A DNA stretch of 64,000 nt from Tricharina praecox (taxonomy: Eukaryota): contig NW_026250403.1 of NCBI RefSeq assembly GCF_024521635.1, positions 1,240,001 to 1,304,000 of the forward strand, given 5' to 3'. Made by a program: the position numbers and the translations under genes. Shown one piece after another: positions 52,201-64,000 of the stretch. The stretch's first letter is position 1, and every line of letters starts with the position of its first letter. The notes under the pieces are model-generated. The model did no database searches, was not told where the DNA came from, and worked only from the letters and a program-made list of their open reading frames with translations.

Positions 52201-55200
52201 GGCTGTCGAATGCGCTGAAATTGGCATCCCAATCGACAACCTTCTCTTGAAGTGCACGGAGCGCGCGGTTCAACGGTATGATCTCGTAGTACTTCGACTT
52301 GTTGTACTTCTCCTGCAGCTTCGCAACCAACCAGTCCTCGTCGTCCCGGGCTTGATTTATCAGATACTCGATTTCTGCCTTGCAGGCTTCGACCTTGCTG
52401 GGGCTGGCTGACTCGACGTTGATGCCCCTCAAACGAGCTTGAACTGAAGCAAAGAAGCGCTTGATCTTAGCTTCGTTCTGTGTGTATTGCTCGTTTTTGA
52501 CCCGTAAATCGATCTCCGGTTTGAAAGTTATCTTCGTCCGAGGCACGACGATTTCCAGTAGGTCGATTAGGTCGTGTTGAAAGAGAACAGTCAAACCCCG
52601 ATATCCGAAACATCTGACGTGATCCCTATTGACATCGTGCGGACAATTCCCGGCTCTAATCTTCATTTCTGAGCTCCAGAAGGCCAGTTCGAGGTACTTG
52701 CCAAACGAATACTTCCAAGAACTCTCAGACATCGGTATTGCTGGCGTATTAGTGTTGGGGCATTTCTTGCAATAGCTCCACATGAGAATTGTATTCTGCA
52801 TCCCCTCTATCGGACAGGCGATCTGATCACTGACTAACACGCTCACTCGGGCTTGGCCGTGAACATAAGAACGATGATGCTGGATCATCCGTCTGTCGCA
52901 AGATGAGCGGCACGTTACGTCGGCTGTATCGCACAGATATTCAATATATTGTCCGAGGGTGCAATCCGACCTCATGAACTCGCATTCGTGATCCTGATAG
53001 TAGAATTCGAGCTGTCGGATATCGGGTCCCTCACAAGGGACCGTGGTCTCAGTGCACACCATACTATACAAGACAGTAATACTCTGATGCGCGAAAGGGT
53101 CGAATAAATCGTCGTACTGGGCGAGATAATTCTCCCACTGCTTCTTCTGAGTCTCATACACGTGGAGTGCCTTGTCGTACTCAGCGTCATAGATGGCCCG
53201 AAGAACTTCGTTGGCTTTCTTGCTCGTTCCACGTTTGACTTCGCCTTCACCATGGACAGCCTCCGGGTCAACCAGCAGGAAATTATCCTGGGGCTTCGGC
53301 TTGCCTTCGAGGGCGGCCTTTTCCGGGTCGAGTGTGTCTGGCCTTTCGGAATTGGCGCCTTCTTTGTCCGAGTCCTCTCCGTCATCGTCGTCTTCTGGGA
53401 TTACAAGGCTGTCTCTGAGACGGCGTAGATACACAAGCTTTCGCTCGAGTTCCCGCGCGCGAGTAAGAAGATAGGGTTGCATATAACTGACGAACGGAGA
53501 AGCAGATAGAATCTTTGCCTCGTGTATGCGGACCATATCTTCGTAGTATGTTGGATTTGGGATGTCATCCGGCAACTGGTCAACCGAAAGGGGTGCCTTC
53601 GGTATCGTTGCAGTCGGTTCCTTCGGTTCCTCGCTCGGGGACTGTTGCGGGCCTTCAGGTGTGTCTCTTTCGGCGTTTTCGGGCGTAGCCTCTCCGTCTA
53701 CCGTTTGGCCTTCAGCGTCCGTTCTTCGAGCCGTATCCTCAGATCCTTCCACGTCCGCCGTAGCTGATTCGTTTGGTTCGGATGTCAATTCGTAGATCCC
53801 AGATTCATGTCTCAAGGCGACGGTTGGAGCGACCGGTCCAGTCGGAGAAGAGGGGATAAGAACAAACTCATCCCTCATCAAGCATGTCTCCAGTTTTAAG
53901 TTGTACACGACGTAAACCATGAGCTCGGTAATCTGCTTGATAATGGCCAACGTATTGTTGTCAGCACCCCTCAGAACAATGGTGCATCCCAGCTCCCTCT
54001 GACAACCCGATAGATACATGAACGTCTTCTTCTTCCCCGGAATGTCGTTGTGAACAAATGTTTTGACATCGAAGCTGGCGCAACGTCCGAGACGGAAGTT
54101 CGAAAGTGCCAACTTGTCGATGGAAGAGAAGATATCCGCCTCGGCACACCGAGCAACAGCCTCAATGACCGAGGGTTTGACAAGATATGCGGTTGCAACA
54201 TTCGCCTGAGCCAATAATGCCAGAGCCAACCCGGAAACGTTCTTTTCAACGAGGAGGAGAGTCGGACGTAGGGCAACGATCCTGTTGATCATGTTCTGGA
54301 GGAATTCTTTTTCCTGCTCTATGACCGGCTGCAGGCTCATGAGCTGTTGCTGATGTCGGGAATATTCGATAGGGAACGTCAAGATCGCAATTCTCGGCTG
54401 CGAGATGTTTCGCGACATGCTCTTCAGCGCCAGATTCTTGCTGAAGACCACGCCCGAAATGTAGCTCGTATCGCCCGGCTTCGCACCAGGAATCTTCTTG
54501 ACCTTGACGTAATGCCGGATGTCGATGTCATCCCCAGCACGAATGTCCGGGTTGAGATCATCGGTGCACTTCAGAAGGATCGGGATGAGCGCCTTCTCCC
54601 ATTGTTCCACATTCGGGATTTCAGCGTCGGAGAGAAGCTGCTTGAGAAGTTTCTTGACGTGCTCCAAACTAGCAGTGTTGAGCTCAACGTTTGGTGCGAG
54701 TGGTCCACGCATTGATGTACCCCTTGCTACTCCTCTGGGGGCTGGTGCGACTGGGGCTCCGGGTAGAGGATTACTGGTCTGACCAGCGACACCTTCCGCC
54801 AAAGACCGCATGAGTCCTCGAGTTTTGCCTCTTGTCACAGGGCGTTGCTGTAGCGGCGCAATGAAACTCGACCCGCGGCGTCTGGAAGTGCGTTTGGCTG
54901 GGATTCCCGTCTTGTCGTTGCCTACGCCGGGACTCTCGCTACCGGTCAAAACTGCTCCCAACCCACTGATGCTGCCGCGGCTCTTGGATCTCCGTCTCAC
55001 TCGCCCGATGCTACCACCGGGTGGGATTTCCTTGGCGCTTAGGACTGGGATGGACTCCCCGGTGTTGTCGGCGCCACTAGGCGCGGCCACGGTTTCGGTG
55101 ACTTTTGGCGCGATGGTGGCGAATACGCTTATTTGCTGTTCGTCGCTCGCGTCTTCGTCGCTCATGTACGGGGCAAGGTCCGGATCCAGGATACTATCGG

Positions 55201-57511
55201 CGTGAGTTGGAAGTAACCTTTGCCGGCGCTTTTCGTCTGCTGTGCTACGGTGGAACGGTGCCCTCTCATCTGCAAAAGGTGTTCCGGACAAGCGATGGCT
55301 AGAGCGAGTGTGCTTATGGTGATGTGGGTGACTAGAGTGTGAGTGAGGGTGGGAGTGGAGTAATGAAGTTCCAAATAAACCCTTTGTTGAACCTGCGGTG
55401 ACCGGTCTCGGAAACGATTTGATAGAGCGTGCTGAGGTCGGTCTTGGCGGAGAAGGGATGTCATTAAACTCAAGGATTTGTGAACGGCGATTAGGATTGC
55501 TACCAGCGGTGGTACGTGTCGCAGGCATGGCCATCAACGGGGTTTGGCCAGGACGGAGGTTCTGTGGCATTTTGTAGCCTGTTGATGAAGATCCCTCGAC
55601 CGGAGTCGATATTGCTTTAGGGTTATCTACGGTAGGTCGACGGAACACAGCAGAGGGAGAGAAATCGTCCGAATCCGAATCGTCATGATAGTCATTTACA
55701 ATGTCCAGACACGGGCTACAAACTCGCATGGAGCCTTGGTGACCAAACTTGTCTCCAGATATCAGGTTGGTGCATTTCGAACAAAATATTTGGCCGCAAA
55801 GTCCTAGATAAGTCAGTAGATGCGCTGACAAGCTCCACGACAGTGACGACTTACGACAATGATGCTTTCTTCTCCAGGCAGAAAAGGTAGCCCCGCAAAG
55901 GAAGCAATCCTTGCATACTTCGTCTTTCATCCAGAAATCCCGCGTCAAATTGCCCATCCTTAGTTGCCTCAACGCTTGACTGACTGCCTCAGTGCTACCT
56001 GTTACCCCACCGGCGTTGACGTAATTCACCATCTTGCCCGACCCAAGATCACTGAATGCCCCTTGTCTGTACACAGATGACGTTGCTTCCCCTTTCTGAT
56101 CGGTGCCGGTCATTGAGGTGCCGGCTGGACTAGAATCGGCATCGGAGCTGCGGTCACCAGTGATTTTGAACCCTGGTAAAAGCAAAGACTGATCGGTGGA
56201 CCTCTTCTTTCGATGATGGGCATCTTTGCGACCATCCCGCCCCATAGATGGGGGCCGCAGATTGACCCGACTTGGGGCCTTGGATTGTAGATTGAGTGCG
56301 GAGAGTTGAGGTAGATTCGAGTCTGCTTTAACCGGCATAGGTGGAGAAGTAATGCTTATTGGCGGATGGGAGACATTAGGCATCAGCATGTTTGAATCGG
56401 GAGAAGTGGCAGAATTAGATGTTGCTGGCGGGGGAAGGTGAGTTTCAGAACTGGACCCTCTCCTTGCAGCCGACGTTGTCGACGCCCGAGTTTTCGGCTT
56501 CAGGTTCGATTCTCTTGTATTTCTGTCTCTGCTTTCCTGGGGCGGCCTTCCGCGCGCGGCTCCTGCTGGAAGCTTGGAGTGAAGCAGTACCACGTCATCA
56601 TCGCTGCTGTCACTAAGGGTTTCGTCTGAGGCCGAGTCGTCAAAATATTCATCTGCGTCCATAAAGTCGCCATTACGAGATGCATTTGTGCCACTATCCA
56701 GAGTCTGCGCGGGGTTCCCAGAGGCTCCCGAACCAAACCCTGCTGTGGGGCTGATTACGCTTTCCACCGCACCAACCAAGGCTCCTACGGTGGAGTGATT
56801 AGACGTTCCGATGTTCATGTTGCTGCCGTTGTTGCCCAGATTCTGAAGGTTGTTGATGCTGCTGTTCCTGCTCGCCCCCGCACTGCCCCCGCCGTCATAC
56901 ATCGCTTCGGAGCCGTCGCGAAACACGGTCACTTGTGCCACCGCAGGGGTTGTCAAACGAGGAGTCACAGTAAATTTCCGGAGAGCGGCAGGCTGGGCAT
57001 AGTCTGTTGTGCTTGCTATCGAAGCGTTGCTGGAAACACGTGAACTACTTCGGCTGTGCTTCGACGTAAAAGAGTAGTTTCGAAGGTGGCTCTTCGAAAA
57101 CACGGAAGTCTTAGTCGGGGAGCGAAAGGAAGCATTGTCGTCCGACGCCGTCGTGTTGCTCATGAAAGAGTCCCTACTGGCCGACTGCTGGTAATATTGG
57201 TCGCTACCGAATTTTGCAGACAACGGGGATTTGCGTGAGCCAGAGCTTGATGATCCCACGACACCTCTGACAACCCCAGCGATACTCTTGACTCGCGAGT
57301 AAAGCTTGTTCAGCGACAACTGCTCGGTATTGCCCGCTGGAGGCGACCCTAGCGAAAAAGATGTTAAGCCCGGGGCTTGAGAAGAGGATGCATGTATCTG
57401 TTCTAAGTCGGCTGGTGGTGGTGGCGGGGGAGCCCAGTCAAGCGAGAGCGTCTGAGTGAGCGACAGCGATCCTCGCCGGGCCAAGTTCACGGTGGGCGGG
57501 GTATCCCCCAT
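49218..57511 (-). CDS. FAB1: 1-phosphatidylinositol-3-phosphate 5-kinase Fab1/PIKfyve, ~2693 aa; exons 57511-55855, 55803-50102, 50049-49921, 49865-49453, 49398-49218
   Basis: FYVE domain FWMKDE-C--CF-C...RRKHHCRLCGQIFC; CCT-like domain YVKVKKIPG...GVVFSKN; Cys-rich [13 protein letters not shown] motifs [25 protein letters not shown] and [10 protein letters not shown]. Confidence 0.97.
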
Positions 57512-59569
57512 CGTCGAAAGGTAGCCCAACCCTCAGCTCGCGAAGCTGCGATACGGTACGTCAAGTGCGAGGACCGAGAGAAACAGATCGTGGGTGTAAG
57601 ATGCACGTACGCCGTTACTAGAAGAGGTCGCGCTCGCGCAACGGGACGGTCTCTCGCGCCGTGTAGCTGTAGCTAATACGACGTGGGACTAAGAGGAGGG
57701 CGCGCGTATGTGCGGTGGTTCGTCTTGCGCGATGGGCGTCAGTCCTGAGCACTTGTCGTCTGCGGAAGAAGTAGGGAAGCAGGGACAGGGCAAGGTGATA
57801 TGATATATACAGGTAAGTACCGTACTTAAGGTTGATAGTGCGTGGCAGATGCCAGCACGGTAGATAGAAAAGTGTATGCGCTAGCACCTTCTGTAGCTCT
57901 CAGTTCTCGAGCTTCACAGCATGTCGCGGTGGTGAGGTCGGCCAGTAAGCGTGTCGCCAGACGTTTCGAAGAGATAGCTGTAGGAGGCGCGTGGTTGATA
58001 GAGGTTGGCGACGTAGGTAATCCCGGCGGAGGGGGTAGATATGATGAGGCGTTGGGGGTTGGTTGGCTGGTAATTGATCGCCGCCCCGCGTTTTTCCGTT
58101 GAACCCTGGCGCCAGACAAACAGCAGAGATGAGGGAGCAAGGCAGCTCCTGCAATCAAGATGTGAGGTGTGCGAAGAAGCAAAAAGAGGGCAAGCAAGGG
58201 CCAAGCCTCGTGACGCAGTGCCTGCAGGAGGATGTAGAGTACAAGCGAGGACGCTTCCGTGTTGCCGTTGCCAGGCAACCGCCGTGCATCTAATTCTATG
58301 TAGAGTATCGATTAACCAGATACCGTAGACACATACAGTCCCTACGTCACTGACCTTTAATCATCATGATCCTCCAGGAGGGAGAGGCCCGACTACCTGT
58401 CCACACGAAGAACTGCAGGAGCGCGCTTTCTGCTCTTTGCCAACGCCAAAGGAACGGCTCTGCTAGCAATTCAATGCCTACTGGAGCGGCATCCCGAAGG
58501 ACTGAACCTGCGCGGCAGAAATTGCCCGTCGTACACACCGCCATGTCGGGATTGACTGTCGAACCGGCGGATTATGCACGAGATACCTGTGCAACTCCAC
58601 TCTCAGAGCCTCTTGTCAGGGACCTCGGCACTTGGCGTCTGACGGCATTCGGCTTTGCGGTTCGGTGAGCAACTTCACGGCTACGACATCTAACCGGAAC
58701 AACATGGTGGTTTAATCGGTCTTCACATAAACCAAAGGCATCCACCCGGCCTCTCACTTTGTAGAAACGTCAGGATCAGTAACAAACACCATCTGACTTA
58801 TCGGGCCATCACCACAGTTGATCTCGTTCTGCTTGTCATCAAACTCCAGGTCCTAACCGACACCAAGCGTGCCATAAAGCAAGGCGGGGGCGCAGGGGTT
58901 TCACGCGCAGTGGACGGGAGATGTGCACAAGGATTGGTCCATTAGACCTTGACCTATCCCTCAAGGTGTTGCCACATTTCATGTACGGTTCTCTCGATGC
59001 TCCGGCTTGAGGTGCTATTAAAATTCACAGATCAATGAATCAATCTGGACACTCCTCTTACGATTGATGGAACAATAGAGTTGTGGGTGTTCCATCAGAA
59101 TTCATGGGAGTGGGCTATGTTTACTTATAATTCTTGCCCCATACAACCGCAATATCGGGAGAAGATGCTACTCAGGGATTATTTCATTATTTACCGGCCA
59201 AACAAACTTTGGGCACAGGCGGGATTGTCTTCAAGGCAAAGTATATGCGGAGATCTCTTGTACGGTTGGCGGGGAGTATTGAAGTTTGAGTCTGATCGGT
59301 TTTTGGTAGGAGTTCTGAAGTGGTTTATATCACGTGGGTTTGCCGAGACACAGTAAACCCTAATTCTCGTTGAAGCATCAATGAGCATTGAGAGTATTTG
59401 CGTTTTGTGTGCCGGAGTCTCAATAGCACTTGTTTATATCACTCTGGTCAGCTAGCCGGGTGGTCTTGGCGGGGTCATTTCTCGACGCATCTAAGTCGCG
59501 TTCTCCCAACCACACCACCACTACCAACCAACCGACACTTCTTACCAGCAACATAGGAACACCCCGTGA

Positions 59570-59575
59570 ACGCGT
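59570..59575. promoter_or_regulatory. Possible MCB (ACGCGT) cell-cycle element upstream of the TPP1-like gene
   Basis: ACGCGT about 100 bp upstream of the ATG, with CGCGAAA at 59668-59674. These are short motifs, so support is weak. Confidence 0.35.
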
Positions 59576-59676
59576 AAAGTGGTTTTTCAACGACACAGAA
59601 TACTCCGCACTTACACCCCCGGGTTTCGACGAATCAATCCGACACTTTCCGAAGCGTTTGATGCACCGCGAAAAAT

Positions 59677-62600
59677 ATGGAACTACTCAGGAGGCCATGG
59701 ATGGTGGACACGCTGAAGGCTGCCATTGAAGGTCGCCCACAAGACAAGATATTAACGTCCAACGGAGAATTCGCAATTTCAAGGGCGGGGAAGAAAAAAT
59801 TCGTACAGCTAATCGAGGTGAGTTTTGGAGACTGCTTTCTCCCATGCCGACGGCGCTGATTTGTCTGCACAGGTGATATCTCTCGACCCAGTGGTTGCCG
59901 TACTTGCCGACAGAAATGTTTATGTGACCGCCGAATTCACGGACTCGTGCATCTCTCGGCTCAATAAGGAGCGCGGAAAGGCATTGACACAGTACTGCAA
60001 AGCTGTGTTTCAATTGGAGCACTACGTGTTCGTCTTTCGTGGCAGTGATGCGGCATTATTCGAGAATGGTACCACATTTCAGGACCAGCTGGAAGGGGGG
60101 AAATTTACCGGCGGAGGAGAACAACACGACGAGCCATCGCGACCATCACCAAAATCCGCGGTAAAACTACGGTTAATCGTGGACTCAATGTTTTATCAGA
60201 GTGGAGAAGGGAATCCAATTATTGGGTCGCTGAAGAGTTTGAGAGACGATCCGTTTGTCCGAGAACTGAGGAAACGCTTGCCTGTGAAGGAACACCTCCT
60301 TCCTGCTCGTCGCCCGCCGATGGCTGCCAACCCGAAGCCACCTCCCACCAGCCAGAAGAAAAGTGCAAAAACGGATTGCGGCGACACAGAGTCTACCAGT
60401 GACGTACTATCGCAACCAATCGCTACGCAAGCGGCGGAGATGTTACACTTTTCCGAAGACAATGCCCAAGACGAGGACGAAGAGGACGAGGATGTTGAGG
60501 ATGATCAGGATGATGAGGATGATAGTGAGGACGACAATGACGATGAGTCCTCACTAGCGTCACAACAGATAGAGAGTGAAAGCGACGCAAGTGATAGCGA
60601 TGGCTCAGAACTAGATTTCGCTACACAGGCCCATCAGCTTCCCACTAGAAACCCCTACAGAGCACCTCCGTCCTCCTCAGCTCCTAGCTCGAGTATTCCA
60701 AATCAGATCGCTGCGGACCGAACAAACATAGCGAGGGGCAAGCCACGCAAAACCGTTTCTGACGACGAAGACCACGACGATCCAGACTCTGGAACAGACT
60801 CTGCTAATATGGGATCGGCGCGGAAAGCAATGTCTCACTCGTCCTTACACCCGGGCTGGAAAGGAATTTTAGAGATACCCGCCGAGTTCGCGGCAATACC
60901 TAAGGATCAGTGGAAAATACTCAACGAACCTGGATGTAAGTGATTGATGCTACGATTAAACCGATGTCCGTCGAGTGAAATGAAAGCTAACTTTTTCAAA
61001 TAGCGTGGTGGCCTTCTCAGGATGCGCTTAGTGGGCCATATGTCCAGACGTACTCCAGATTGCATCCGCTCAGAGTCAGAACAGTCATAACGACTGAGAC
61101 CGAATCACCGAGACAGTTGCACGTCGCATCTGTGAGACAACCACAATCAGAGAGCGAATCTTCCGACGACGACAACGAAATAGCCGAGTGGCCGACAAGC
61201 CCTCCCGAGGTACGGGAAACGGCTCCTAACCTGGACAGTCCCCCGCGAAGCAGTCCCGCCGCCTCAAGCTCGCCCCTTCGTCCACACGACTCCGACAGTG
61301 GCTCGGACTCGCCCTCACGTCAACCATCAGAATCACCGGTTCCGCAATCATCCAGACTGCCGGCCGAGATTGAAGAGTCTGACAACAAATTCGCTGAGGC
61401 GGTGATCAACGGTGATGGGTTAACAGGTGATGGGACTGACGATGGCGAATTGTCAATTGATGACAGGTCGACAGTTAGCCCAGACCCCGACACCGCCACC
61501 AGATCAGAAGATGGTGCTAGCCAGCCAGCAGTGGAAGGCAGGCCGATGAGTGGCAGTGAATCAGAATCCGAATATGAATCAGCACCTGAAGATAAAGCAG
61601 AATCGGATGATGAAGCCGATGTCAAACAGAGAACCCCGGCCCCTGTTAAAGCCGAAGCCGCTGACGAGCTCAGCGCCAGACAGGATGCAAGGAAACAAGC
61701 ATACTCTGGGGCGAGAAGTGAATCGGTCAAAGAGACCTTAGGTTCCGGGGATAAGCAGGCTACACCACGACGACGGATAACAAGGTCGATGAATAGGATC
61801 ATCAAGCCCCGCAAGTTCGACAAACCACAGGTACGCCCATATTTTTACCCATGCAGAGGAGGCTCAACTAACCTCTAGTAGACACCCTTGAAGCCTACGG
61901 TGAAACGTGTGACGAAACGTGCGGCAAAACGTGCGGTAGGATCTGTGGCTCGCGCTCTGGCTCGAGAATCGAGCGCGGAGCCGAGGATCCCTATGAGGGA
62001 TCCTTTTGGCATGACTCCCGTCGTCAAGTATGGCATCCTCGGCGCCCAGGAAAGGATAGCGTGGAGGAAAAAGAGGAACCTAGAGAAACTGAAAGCGTAT
62101 CTGGGGGACAGGTACACCTGGGACAGCGACTCGGCAGGTGAATCTGTTAAAGATTCCGAGAGTGAATGCGATTCGGATGGCGGCGACGATACAGATGGCG
62201 GCGACGATACCGACAGCGAAGATAAATCGCAGCAAAACGCGCCATTCACTCCTTCTGCCTTCGAGGTGGCCGTGCCGTCTGCCGCCACTGTATGCAGTTT
62301 CCGGCAACCGGCCCATGATGACAGTGACGAAGAGGAAGATATTCCATCTGCTCCAGCTATTCCCTTAGGGCAGCGAACCACTACCCAACAAATCGGAGCA
62401 AAGAAGGGCACAGAGGTCAACGGAGCTCCACCGTTAACTGCACCTGGCCTTGGGCCAGTTGTACAAGTTCAAGAGACACCATACCGACGCCCCAGCAGCA
62501 TGTCAGATACAACAGTCCAGAGAAAGGCTCTTATGCCCGAGCTTCAGAATCCGAATGAAGAGATGATTCCGGCAACGCATGATCGACACAGCTCTATGGA

Positions 62601-63609
62601 GATCAGGGAGGACGAACCAGAACGACAGCCTGTGAGCTTTAGACGGTCCACTTCCATGGACTCTATTGCCAACCAGCAGAGCATCCAAAATAAGGCCTCC
62701 AATGAAAAACTAGAAAAGGCGAACGACAGCGATCACAGTGTCGCACCCGTTATCGAGGTTCCTAGGACCCAGTTCGGCAGTAGCACCAAGCCTCAAAGCC
62801 CCTCGGAGATCCCCTCAAAACGAAAGTTCAAGAAGGTACTTAAATCCGCCGCCTTTGACACCCAGGAGATCCGCACTGCATCGTACGACGTCGAAATCGA
62901 CGTCTCGGTGCTCTTGGCGGAGCAGCGTCGCCTGTACATGGAAGCAGAGGCTACAATTGAAGATCGTGTGAGCAAGCCATCACCATCACCTACCGTCGGC
63001 AAGCCGTCTGCCATGGCCAAGTTGGCAACGTCCACCGATCTACCGCGGAAGCGAAAATCACCATCCGCGCCGCCAGTAGTCCCGAAGAAAGCGCGTATGG
63101 ACACCATACTCACTTTGGACCGCCGTTTTGCCATTTTACATTCCCCACCACCCCCTCCACAGACCATGCCTGGCACCACTAACAGGCCGGAATCCCCCCT
63201 GCCGAACGATATAGGTCTAGATGCAGGCACCGACATCGCCATGGCGGCCGAGCCGGTTTCGTCACCTGCCCCCGCACAGAAGTCGCCCCCTCCGGCCTCA
63301 AAAGCAGAGATGTACGCCGGCTTCAGGCCGAGAGTCATTGCCGTGCCGGGATACGAGACCTTGACCGAGGAGATGAAGCTGAAGCTGGAGGAGCGGCGGC
63401 GGCGCTTTTTCGGCACTCATCGCTCTGTCGCGCCCTTCGTGGCTACTCCCAAGGAGAAGGAGGAGAGCGCGGACACGAAGAAGAGAAAGCGGAGTGGTGA
63501 GGACGGTGGCAGTGACAAATGGTGGCTGGATGAGGACACGCCGATGAGGAAGTTTGTCAAGCAGTACAAGGACCTAAAAAAGGTGAAGCGGGAGCGCGGG
63601 AAGGAGTAG
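59677..63609 (+). CDS. Telomere protein TPP1/Tpz1/Est3-like (N-terminal OB fold, long disordered linker, conserved C-terminus), ~1252 aa; exons 59677-59817, 59873-60935, 61004-61830, 61882-63609
   Basis: The N-terminus RPWMVD...FVQLIE|VISLDPVVAVLADRNVYVTAEFTDSCISRLNKERGK...LRLIVD...GEGNPIIG fits the TPP1/Est3 OB pattern. Central IPKDQWKIL...SWWP and C-terminal WWLDEDTPMRKFVKQY resemble fungal Tpz1 motifs. The family call is from recalled patterns, not a search. Confidence 0.75.
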
Positions 63610-64000
63610 TATGGGGCGTGGTACATCTGCTTGGGGGGGGATTATTTTTTTTTTGCTTGCTAACTTTTTGGCATTGTATCGGGTTGGCAATTTCTTTTTT
63701 TTTTTTTGATTTTTACTTTATACTTTTTCTTTTCTTTTCTTCTATGGAGTTCGGCGATTAGATGGATTGATCTCATGTGGGACGGCGCCTGTGGCGTTTT
63801 GACATTACCGGTAGTATGCCTCTTTGATTATTGTTTTTTCTCCTAGTATTGGATACCTGTAATGTGGAGGACTGAATTCTATGGGACCGAGGAAGTTTGT
63901 GTGATTGAGTAGAACATTTTCTTGAGGTCCGTTCCCCTCAGTTGCACATGGTGACTACATCACGAACGGAGATGCATGGGAGAAGGGGTTTCAAGTCGTT

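Noticed and set aside
58330..58860. Possible degenerate coding frame on the minus strand
   Set aside because: It has frequent stops and no recognisable motif; I cannot support it without a search.
59354..59363. TAAACCCTAA upstream of the TPP1-like gene, and TAACCCTAA at ~43968, as possible telomerase RNA templates
   Set aside because: These are single short matches. The second lies inside CET1 coding sequence, and no pseudoknot or CR4/5 element is recognisable.

Overview
This is eukaryotic, intron-containing DNA from a filamentous ascomycete (inferred from short GT-AG introns with CTRAC branch sites and from the gene families present). It is a gene-dense housekeeping region with 18 protein-coding genes; for every complete multi-exon gene the hand-spliced length is a whole number of codons. 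In order: TSC13 (partial), a GRAM+VASt LAM sterol transporter, an Atg38-like MIT/coiled-coil protein, CAP20/MPL1 perilipin-like protein, HIS5, NMA111, an acyl-CoA dehydrogenase, RMT3/PRMT3, INCENP, succinate-semialdehyde dehydrogenase, two orphan ORFs, a single-pass membrane protein, COX10, CET1, FAB1 and a TPP1/Tpz1/Est3-like telomere protein. I found no tRNA, rRNA, CRISPR array or transposase. The most notable non-routine signals are: (1) an intact 251-bp hAT-type MITE with 15-bp TIRs and a perfect 8-bp target-site duplication (9162-9412); (2) a TAGTAG tandem acceptor in the TPP1-like gene whose proximal site would splice directly onto a stop codon; (3) a high share of AAG 3' splice sites, three ending in ATGAAG; (4) in-frame stop-free introns, one splitting the FAB1 FYVE motif; (5) two orphan genes and a hairpin-dense intergenic segment. 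I cannot demonstrate a new biological system from the sequence alone.
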